A DNA stretch of 64,000 nucleotides from Eledone cirrhosa. Lineage: Eukaryota. A model generated the notes under the pieces. That model made no database searches, was not told the origin of the DNA, and saw only the letters and a list, made by a program, of their open reading frames with translations. A program made the translations under genes and the position numbers. The stretch covers positions 73,284,001-73,348,000 of the forward strand of contig OZ024744.1 in assembly GCA_964016885.1 (NCBI GenBank), read 5' to 3'. Positions 1-9,551 of this stretch are shown here, one piece after another. Position 1 is the stretch's first letter, and the number at the start of each line of letters is the position of its first letter.

Positions 1-24
1 TTGCTGGCCTTGTGCCAAAAGTAG
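1..24 (+). mobile_element. 3' tail fragment of the abundant tRNA/Meta-domain SINE
   Basis: TTGCTGGCCTTGTGCCAAAAGTAG matches the 3' tail of the SINE copies at 28440-28465 and elsewhere. Confidence 0.7.
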
Positions 25-173
25 TGGGACTTTTTGGGGGGCATATCGGCAGTAACAATGACGATAAGCCGTCTGGGCTTTCGTGAAATAAATAAGTTTG
101 TTTATATTTTGTTTTTGTGTATACAAAAATATCTGTACACGAATATATAATTACATATATATATATATATATA

Positions 174-245
174 TTAAAATAACAGATTAAAGTTTAAGCA
201 AAGAATCGCTGCTTTCACCCTTAACGGGATCTTCTGAAACTAAAA
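174..245 (-). mobile_element. PLE-like terminal remnant with degenerate hammerhead-like motif, ending at (TA)n
   Basis: Minus strand reads CAGAAGA-tccc-gttaa-gggt-GAAA-gcagc and then runs into (TA)n at 155-173. Confidence 0.35.
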
Positions 246-539
246 AAATCGATCTGTGAACGCAGAAGTCAATATTTCGAAAAACATTGCAACCGAAGGA
301 AAACAGGAAGACGATACTTTGGTTCGTGAAGACGTTCCCTGGCAATGAACGGAAAATAGCGAAGATAATACGTCAGCAATGAGAACAATGTTTTCATAAT
401 GTCATAATGCAGACAGCCAAACATACAGACAGATGTTATAAGGGCGCGACGTTATAGCTATGTATCTATCTAAAAAGACAGACTAAGAAAGAGAGAGAGA
501 GAGTGAGATCGCTAACACCCCTTTAACAACAGAAAATTG

Positions 540-700
540 AAAATTAAAAGCTGCAGTTAATATCTTTAGACCGCAAGGAATATATAAATGCAAGTTTGAA
601 GTCAATCGGAGTAGAAATGTGGATTTGTATAGACTTTGCAAAAATTAAGACACACACTCACAGACAATTTCAGTTTTATATATATGTATATATATATATA
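540..700 (+). mobile_element. Possible non-autonomous Helitron-like terminal segment
   Basis: CAAGTTTGAAGTCAATCGG...GTGGATTTGTATA...CACACACTCACAGACAATTTCAGTTTTATATATA resembles ends of invertebrate non-autonomous Helitron-like repeats; recognised from memory only. Confidence 0.25.
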
Positions 701-703
701 TAT

Positions 704-1017
704 GGTAAATTTCTTTAAATCGTTTGGAAGCCTCGACAATGCAGATGGGTAAATCTCCGGATAACAAGATCCGGTGGTGGAGAGAGAGATGTAAGTGGGT
801 GTACGTTGAAATGCGTGGCGTGTAGAAGACTGTAGCGTGTAGAAGAATGTAGGAAAGAGCGTAAAGGATAAAAATAAAAATAAGAACACATGGGAGAGAT
901 TTAATTGTCTCTATATATTTCGGATTCACATCCATCAACTGGGGTTTTTTCCGGAGGGGGGTGGGTTGTCTGTCGGAAAGGTGCGAAACGTGTCCTCCGC
1001 TGTTCGTTGTTTTGAAT
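704..1017 (-). repeat. Left pseudo-LTR (inverted copy of 3890-4218)
   Basis: Reverse complement matches 3890-4218 at high identity; the ORF-track peptides 645..1028(-) and 3791..4367(+) share sequence. Confidence 0.95.
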
Positions 1018-1232
1018 ATCAGAGGCATTCAGCAGAGCGCGCGTGCGCGTGAAATGGGGTCGGTCAAGCAGAGGTCAGCGGCCGAAATAGTTCTTTCAAT
1101 TGTGGGAGTGGGGTGGCGCTAGCTGTCAGTTCATAGTATTCTCTGCCTGTTTGGTGAATGTTACTGTGTGTGTGTGCGTGTGTTGTCTCGCTTGAGTGTG
1201 TGTGTGTGTGCGTGTGTTGTTGCCTTGTTCCT

Positions 1233-3885
1233 CTATATTGGTGGTGTAGTATGTTCGTATGGTGGAATGCTACTGTGTGCGTGTGTTGCTGTCTCGCTTG
1301 TGTGAGTGTGTGCGTGTGTTGCTGGATCATTTGTTAACTTAAACCAATCACCTATTTCGCTTCTCTCGGATCGGTTGTTTAATTGTCGCCCTAGGTGTTT
1401 GATCCAAAATGCTTCCTTGATACGTAATGTGCCGACGTTTCTTTCTGTCGCTAGAATTGTGACAATGGGCTTTCCGTCTTTGTTTCCGCATTTGGCTATG
1501 TGTTTCCGGAAAGACGAGGCCCTGGTGTTAGTGTGCTTCTTGATCCGGATGTGCAGCGGCCGGATTGTGCTACCTATATAGTATTGGTTGCACTTGTTAC
1601 ATTCTATCTCATACACGACGTATGTGCGTAGGCAACAGTTCGCATGGCGCACCGGGCAGTCTCTGAGCACGCGTCAGTTGATTTCCCGGGTTTCCTGGAG
1701 AGGCATCTTCGCAGGGAGGGGCCCGAGTGGGCAAGGTGGATGTTGAGGTCCTCCCTCCATATAGCGCTGGTGGTATTCTCGCCCAGGTGTGGCATTTTAA
1801 GGAAGCACTTGCCTTGGGTGCCTCTCTGTCTCTTGTGTCTGGTGTCTCCTACGCTGTCTGTGAGCGAGGTAGGGTACCCGTTCGTCTCCAGCACCTCGAG
1901 GAATCGCTTGGTATGAGTGACACCACTCGCGGGATCGCTGCATCTGTTTTTGATTCGCGCGATCTCGTTCGTGATGTATCCTCTTTTGGCACTGTTAGGG
2001 AGGGCGGACTTGTAGTGGACGAACAGGTCCCTGCAAGCTGCCTTTCGGTAGAAGTGGTAGTGGATCCCTCCCTGTTCCGTAATGTTGATTCGGAAGTCGA
2101 GGAGGGCAAGTGACCCGTCGTCATTGGGGTGTTTAACACTGAAGTCAATGTTCTCATCCGTGTTGTTGAACGTCTCATAGATTCTGTTCGCCATGTCTTG
2201 GGAAGATGTGAGGATGAGGATATCGTTCACGTACCTTGAGAAAAAGGCGACGGCGTTGGGGTGGCAGGCGTTGAGTGCCTTGCGCTCGAGGCTGTCCATG
2301 TAAGAGATCGCTAGCACACCCGACACGCTTTAGCCCATGGGCAGTCCCGAGGTTTGCTGGTATGTTTGGTCAAGGAATCCGAAGTAGGTGTTGTCGACGA
2401 CGATGGATAGGAGGAGTTGGTGGATGTCAGTGGTGGTGAGCCCGAAGCAGTGTAGGTCGGTGGATTGGACGCGTTCCATCAGTATATTAACGGCCGGGAG
2501 TGCCGGGACCGAGGTGTAGAGAGCGACTACATCAAGACTGAAGGAATATCTGTTATCCTTTCTGGTGTCGGGATCCATTTGATGCAGGCGCTTCAACACC
2601 TCCTCAGAGCTGTTAACGTGTCCCAGCAAGGTGTCTAAGATGGGTTTGACTATTCTGGCTAGGAGTCATGAAATTTTGTAGGGCGGTCCTTCCACGCTCG
2701 ATACAATGGGCCTGATCTTCAGGTCGGGTGCCTGTTTGTGTGTTTTCACGAAGTGGTAGAAGGCGGGTAGTCTGCTGTTCCTCGTGAGGAGGTTGTATCT
2801 CAGCTTCTTTGGGAGCTTCCGCCGGTCGCAGATGTTGGTCCAGGCGGCGTTGATGTGTTCCTCTATCTGCGCGGGAGTGATTCCTGTGACCTTGGAGTAG
2901 AGGTTGTCATCGTCAAGGTGTTGGAGGGCCAGGGTGTTGTAGGCCTCTCTGCTGATGACGCAGAATTCTTTTCCCTTGTCGATTTTAGGTTGGTGAGGTT
3001 GTGTGTTGTGCGTGTGTGTGTGTTTGTGAAGTATATCCGAGATGGAGTGTTTTAGCCTGATGAGTTTAGTGTCGAGTTCGTGGTTGGTGGGTGGGGGGTG
3101 GAGTGGGTTGTCGGGGTGGTAAGTGGGGAACTTGGGGTGGGTTGCGTGGGCGCTGTTATTTTCTGTGGCGCTGTTGATGGTGGTCACCCATTTAAGTTGG
3201 TAAGCGGCTCGACAAAAGTTGGCCTCGATGTCGAGTTTGAGTCTGTCGTCGAGTCGTTGTGAGACGATGAACTTGGTTCCGAGGTGTAGGAGTTTCAGCT
3301 CGTCGCTCGTAAGAGTGCCGGTTAGGTCGGTGATCAGGGGCATCGCATCGTTGAGGTGTGTCTCGGTGTTGCGGAGATGGGGGTTGTTACGTTGTTGTTT
3401 TCCACGTGGTTCTAGTCCGTTTGTTCGTTAGTGTCGATGTTCTCGATGTGGAGTTTAGACAAGAACCACTCATATTTCCGCTTGAGCCGTTTTTTCTCGT
3501 ATTGGACTCTGGAGTGGTAGCACTGGGTGATTACTTTAGTGAATTTCAGGGTCAAGTCACCGAGTGTTATTGACAATCAATGTGTCCGCTATGAGAGTGT
3601 CCGCTTATGGATGTGTAATTGGCAGTTGAGATGTCTCAGGATCTGTTTAATACACGTGCGATGTATGCGGTTAGTGGTGTTTTGGAAAGCTGGTGTACGT
3701 AGGATTCCTGGTAAGCGGATGTTCCTGATGGCGTTGGGGATGACATCGTTTTTTAGGCAGCGTTTCAGGAAAATAATTTGACAGCCAGCATTGGCCCATT
3801 TCTCCGACAGTCTAAACAGTTCCCTTACGGATGCAAACAATTCCTGGCTCAGGTGTAAGGATAAGAGAGTATTGAAGTTTGAAAT
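1233..3885 (-). pseudogene. PLE reverse transcriptase / GIY-YIG endonuclease ORF, disrupted
   Basis: Motifs FLKRC..DVIP, DKG, FYHFVKTHK, IRPIVSS, FSLDVVALYTSVP, QTSGLPMG, RYVND (YVDD degenerate), LLDF, then VVYEIECNKCNQYYIGST..LHIR..H and IKEA..I...LN. In-frame stops at 2666 and 2330; frameshifts near 1670 and 3350-3590. Confidence 0.92.
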
Positions 3886-3889
3886 AATA

Positions 3890-4257
3890 ATTCAAAACAA
3901 CGAACAGCGGAGGACACGTTTCGCACCTTTCCGACAGGCAACCTTCCCCCACCCCGGAAAAACCCCAGTTGATGGATGTGAATCCGAAATATATAGGGAC
4001 AATTAAATCTCTCCCAAGGTAACTCTATCTCGTGTTTTTATTTTTATTTTTTATCCTTTACGCTCTTTCCTATATTCTTCTACACGCTACAGTCTTCTAC
4101 ACGCCACGCATCTCAACGTACACCCACTTACATCTCTCTCTCCACCACCGGATCTTGTTACCCGGAGATTTACCCATCTGCATTGTCGAGGCTTCCAAAC
4201 GACTTAAAGAAATTTACCTTATTATTCCACAATGCTTCAAGCAAACCTCAATACTCT

Positions 4258-4260
<3 letters not shown>
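3890..4260 (+). repeat. Right (inverted) pseudo-LTR with tail carrying the probable ORF start
   Basis: Inverted match to 704-1017; tail ATGCTTCAAGCAAACCTCAATACTCTCTTA (4232-4261) matches the ORF N-terminal codons at about 3860-3882 on the minus strand. Confidence 0.9.
3963..3998 (+). ncRNA. Variant minimal hammerhead-like motif in the pLTR (second copy 909-944, minus strand)
   Basis: CCC-CAGTTGA-T-GGAT(GTGA)ATCC-GAAA-TATATA-GGG has type I minimal hammerhead geometry but core CAGUUGA instead of CUGANGA. Confidence 0.45.

Positions 4261-4320
<60 letters not shown>
4260..4320. repeat. (TA)n microsatellite
   Basis: Perfect TA run. Confidence 0.98.
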
Positions 4321-4325
<5 letters not shown>

Positions 4326-4410
4326 AAAGAAACCAAAGAACACTTACATACAGTCTTTATTCACTAACAATGTTTCATCTTCACCTTTAGGCAGGAATCA
4401 TCAGAGCTCA
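4321..4410 (-). ncRNA. Hammerhead-like motif in a PLE terminal remnant
   Basis: Minus strand gct-CTGATGA-ttcctgcctaaaggtgaagat-GAAAC-att-GTT-agt, followed by AATAAA and (TA)n. Confidence 0.5.
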
Positions 4411-5493
4411 ACAAATAGCGTGTTGAGTATAAGCTCCACAATAACTTAGTCACATGAACTATCAGAAAAAATAATAGGGAGATTGGAGATAGCTAACAAA
4501 GCGGTTCGTTACTAAACATCACTGCAAAATACCAAGGTACAATTGGATTCAACAAGATGAAGACACAGTAGATGGCACTAAAAAATGTAGAATGTAATAT
4601 TAAAAAGTGTGAAAGCATTAAAAAGTTCATAATAAATACATAAAAATGCATAAAAATAAATAAGAAATACATAAAAAATACATAAAAATATATAAAAAAT
4701 ACATAAAAATACATAAAGAAATACAGGCAAATGTTAAAACATAATATAAATTATATTAAAGTAATAAAAAATATAAAAATAAAGATAAAAAATAATAATA
4801 GAGATAATATAATAAAATGAAATGAAGAAAAATAAAATAAAATAAAGTAAAATCCAATAAAGAAAAGTAATTAAAAAAAAAATATACTAAAAATAAATTA
4901 AAATACAATAAATTAATATAAAAAAAGCATAATAAAATAATAATAAATGATAATAAAATAATAAGATAAAATTAAATTAAAAGGATTAAAAATATTTAAT
5001 AAATTGAGAAAAAGTTATATGTTATGAGCACTTAGAGAAGCAAGTTATTACAAGCGCAGTTCCTAGCAACACAAGCGAGTAGAATGTCAGTAGTCTAGAT
5101 ACAGGCGTGAATAGATCTTTTTTGTATCACAAAGGACCACAGTAATTCGAATGACCATCATAATATACATACACAAGGTATGTCAGTAGGTACCCGAACT
5201 AGGTAGCCAATTGGTGTTCACAAGTATATAGAAAGGTATCACAAAGGCACAGGTCTCTCTCAAGTAAATGTGGTTAATATATGGTATTGCTGAGTGAAAC
5301 AAGTAAATACATTTAAGACATAAAATGAAGCCATGCATAAACAGGTTTAGGTTAGTGTGCGATAGAATTTAAGCAGTCTCGATATATTAGTTGTTATAAA
5401 AGTTGTTATAAAGTAATTGGCAAATTAGCAATACAAGCAGGACTAATTGTTTACATATCCAATATATTATATATACATATACATACATACACA

Positions 5494-5529
<36 letters not shown>

Positions 5530-5654
5530 TATACGCATACATATACACATATACAGTTATATGCTCCCTGGTTAAATATACGTAGTAGTATATTAAGCGT
5601 AACAATTACATCATAACTCAATAAAATGCATGCTGGATTACTACAATAAACAAC

Positions 5655-7334
5655 GGCACTACAACGGAATTGGCTGTCAGAAGTGAAAGTAGAAGAATGT
5701 GACGTCAATCTGACGTCATTCGTCAACCTTCTCAATCGTCAACCTTCGTTTATTTCCGTATCACCACGTTGATGCAAAACTTGGTTTTTCACTTTGAGAT
5801 AATACACGTATTTGCAACTTGAAAAATATGAATTCTACATTATACCCCAGCGTAAATGGAATTTATCATCGCGATATTTCCATCGCTACCGCTACTACAG
5901 CAGATACCATTAATTGGTTGAAAAAACATGGACTTCTGAATACTGAAAAGGTCTACCCTTCATGTGGTGAACGCATGATGGAAGTTGCGAAATAAAATGT
6001 GTCAGATGGAATTATCTGGTCATGTGGAAGGCCATGTAGAAAAATGGGGTCGATTAGAAACGGCTCATTTCTAGAAAATAGTAAATTTAAGTGTGAACAA
6101 ATAATTGACATATTGTATTTTTGAGCAAAAGAAGTTTTAGCCAAGGGGATTTCACAGGAATGTTGTATCGCGAATGTAGCTGTAACAGATTGGCGAAAGT
6201 TTTGCCGTGATATTTAAGTTAACTCCACTTACATTGATATGCTTTATTGTTATTTCCTTGGGTAAGTTAATATCTAAGCTTTTGCTTACACGTTAATTAC
6301 AATTGTAATTTTTAATGCACATGTTAAATAAGATTGTATATTATCGTTTTGTTTTAATTGTACCATAACTCTGGAAAATTACGTGGTTATTTGGTACTCA
6401 TTGGACATCAATACAAGAAGCAGTTATAATTATTAAACTACGGATGTTGAATTTATTTTCTTAATCCTGTATGTTATTAATAGGTTCCCGAGTAGTACAG
6501 TAAATTAAAGCCTTTACGAACGGAACTATGCAATGAAAGTATTTTTAATAAGTGTATCTCATCGTAAACGTATCTCTTAGAAATTCATAAATGGCTGTGT
6601 AAACCCTTACACTTTAAAACAAAATTACAAACCAATTATGTGGTCATTGAAGTTGCTAGAAATAGTCGGCAAATCTTATACCCTCTACCACATTAAAAAA
6701 AGAAAGAACGAAAACGGCAGTAACTCGTTAATATTTATTGAAATATTCGAAACGTTACTGCTTCGGACGTGATAAAAAGGAAATTATATAGAGAATTTTA
6801 AATATTTCGAAAGCTCAAGCAATCGTCAAGGACTTTATATACTAATTCCTTTCTGTGTTCGTGGCAGCTGGCAGCTGAGTATCAACCATCCATAAATAAT
6901 TTTTACCCGTTAAGAATCTCAATGGGGAAAATTTTCTTCAATTTCTGCCAGTATTACAAAACAAGGTTATCTTGTAGTTACCCGCGTTAAATTGTTTTTT
7001 TTTAAAAGAAAGTCGGTAGTGTCGGCCCCATGAACTTCATTTGTTTTCTAATTTGATAACTATGACTATGAAATAAAACGCGTGATGATATGGAAACAAA
7101 TCAAAAACAAATCGATTACGCTAAACGTAAATAAACATAAATAAGTTGCAAATACGTGTATTATGCCAAAGTAAAAAACCAAGTTTTGCACCAACGTGGT
7201 GATTTCAAAGTTTATTTATTTACACATGGTGGTGGTGGTGGTGATACGGAAATAAACGAAGGTTGACGAATAACGTCAGATTGACGTCACATTCTTCTAC
7301 TTTCACTTCTGACAGCCAATTCCATTGTAGTGCC
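5655..7334 (+). mobile_element. Merlin (IS1016/IS1595-like) DNA transposon, internally deleted
   Basis: About 165-bp TIRs starting GGCACTACAA (5655-5820 and 7143-7334); 8-bp TSD TAAACAAC at 5647-5654 and 7335-7342; transposase N-terminus inside. Confidence 0.9.
5828..6217 (+). pseudogene. Merlin transposase N-terminal zinc-ribbon/HTH region with in-frame stops
   Basis: Translates as ...WLKKHGLL..KVYPSCGERM..*..DGIIWSCGRPCRKMGSIRNGSFLENS...ILYF*...VTDWRKFCRDI*; no DDE domain seen. Confidence 0.82.
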
Positions 7335-7689
7335 TAAACAACCACTCCATGCAGAAAAATTACAGGTCAACATTAAAACATTGTTCAAGAATCATTTCAA
7401 GCCAATTCTCCACACACAATTCTGTCACCAACATGGGAATAGAACTTCAGGCCGCAGCAACTACGATCAGCACAGCCAACGAGTCTAAACAAAACAAACG
7501 GAAATCAGCACTCGTGTACAAGTTGTTAAATACCTTAACATATTTTCTAAAACTGGTCAAATTCAAATATATAATCAGAGATGAAATGGAATAGATACAA
7601 AAATAAAGATAAAAATACAAATACAGTCTACATACCACTAAAATTAAATTAAAATAATACTGGCTTAGAGCATTTTACTTTATTTAGAG

Positions 7690-7870
7690 TCACTAAACTC
7701 TGTGTACATCAATTGATGACGTCTTAATTGTTACAGAAATAACGTAGTACTCATGTGGTCTCTGTGTACATTAATTGATGATGTTTTAGCTGTTAAAGAG
7801 ATGACGTTGTACTCATGTGGTGAAATAAAGGGGGATAACTCTGATTATTCATCTAATAGGTATTTAATTC
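7690..7870 (+). repeat. Tandem duplication of about 71 bp with degenerate hammerhead-like cores (probable PLE pLTR remnant)
   Basis: Two copies of CTCTGTGTACAT..AATTGATGA...GA(A/G)A..ACGT.GTACTCATGTGGT followed by AATAAA. Confidence 0.5.
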
Positions 7871-7929
7871 AGACTAAGACCAGATTAAAGAGAAAGGAAT
7901 ATAAGTAGAAAATTATAAGTTCAGTAACT

Positions 7930-9490
7930 TCACCCCATCCCACCCCCCAGACCCTACCCCACCAAACACCGCACTAACACACATCCCACCACATTACTCC
8001 ACCCCATAGCCCACTATACCATGGTAGATCTAACCACATCACACCCCTCCAAACTACAATACAATACACACCATTACTCTAAACTACAGGATATCACCCC
8101 TACACCAATAGACACCGCAATACTCCACCACATCACACCACACCAACCCCACCCAGACAACCAAACCACGCGACACCACGCCATACCACACCACGCCATA
8201 CCGCTCCACCGATTCAACCATCATATACGACGCCACACCACAAGAAGACACACCACACACCGTTATACCCTACCACTCCCAGAAGCATTATACCACAGTA
8301 TACCCCATCCCACTTCACTACCCCAAGACCAGTACACCATATCCAACCTCAAACCACGCACTTCAATATTGGGAAAAATTAGACCGCATTACACCACATA
8401 ACACCACACCAAACCACAGCACACCACACTACAACACTAAAAACACACCCCACCGCCATACCAAATCCTCACAAAATTACAAACACTACATAATACTACA
8501 CCTCACCACACCTCAGCAAATCAACCTAATTTACTTACACCACCCTACACTACAACACATCACATCACACTAAAATACCTCACTCCTCACCACGTTGCAC
8601 TACATTACTACACACTAGATCCCACCACACCATACACAGCCACATCACCTCATACCACACTATACTACCACACAACACAACCACATACTTCTCACACCAC
8701 TCCATACTCAAAAACTCACCACTGCAGACTATATTATTCCACACCATAGTCCAGTGAGTATAGCAACTGAAGCTGCCCCAGTGCGCAACAATGTCCGACA
8801 CCTTATTTCAATCATCACATTAAAGCACATCACATCATAACACTACATTACACTCCACCCTACTAATCCACTGGACACCTATTCATACTACCCAACACCT
8901 AGCTATACTACACTACATCTCACCAAATTGCAAACATTCGTTTCAACGACACCAATATCATCACCCCCTACTACAGTACAACTATACACTCCACAACAAA
9001 TCAAATCAAGTACACCGCAATACGTCACACGACCCTATCAACTACACCACAGGATACTGTACTACATTACACTACACTAAACCATAATGCTAAGCAACAT
9101 GGGATAGTACACCAAACCACACTGCACTATACAGTATCCAAGTATACAACACCACATCATCCCTTACCAGGCCCTAACTAAATAAAACTATCTTACACTA
9201 CAGTACACGACATCGCCTATATCCATACCATAGTACACCACAAATAACTCAATAAGACACATCACAGTTCACCACTCAATACATCATTACACCACAATAA
9301 AATACAAGTATCACACCACACCTCTGTACACCACACCACTCCACACCATCCTCATCACCGCGCACTACACTATATCACAATACACTACACCACACCCAGA
9401 TACACCCACACTAAAATACACCAGAGCCACACTAATTACACCACCCAATACATTCAAAACCACACCACAGTAGACTATACCAATATACAC
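7930..9490. repeat. Degenerate C/A-rich (CACCA/CACTA-like) low-complexity tract
   Basis: Imperfect short C/A-rich repeats with strong strand bias, downstream of the PLE ORF stop. Confidence 0.8.
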
Positions 9491-9551
9491 CCTATGAATT
9501 CAATAGGGTCAAGCAGCGGTACTGCACAAGGAGGAGTGATTATCGGCAGAA

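Larger units (their letters stand above)
704..4260 (-). mobile_element. Penelope-like retroelement (possibly Naiad-type), near full length, with inverted pseudo-LTRs, between (TA)n tracts
   Basis: Broken RT plus GIY-YIG ORF on the minus strand; about 315-330 bp inverted repeats at 704-1017 and 3890-4218; (TA)n on both flanks. Confidence 0.93.

Noticed and set aside
1665-1685. TGA just upstream of the linker cysteines in the endonuclease frame
   Set aside because: A small deletion after TGC in the RT frame explains the frameshift and restores a CxxxxCP motif without Sec.
2666-2668. In-frame TGA in the PLE RT as a possible selenocysteine codon (some Naiad-type PLEs are reported to encode selenoproteins)
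   Set aside because: Context KIS*LL fits a Trp TGG>TGA mutation, the copy has other stops and frameshifts, and I recognised no SECIS element.
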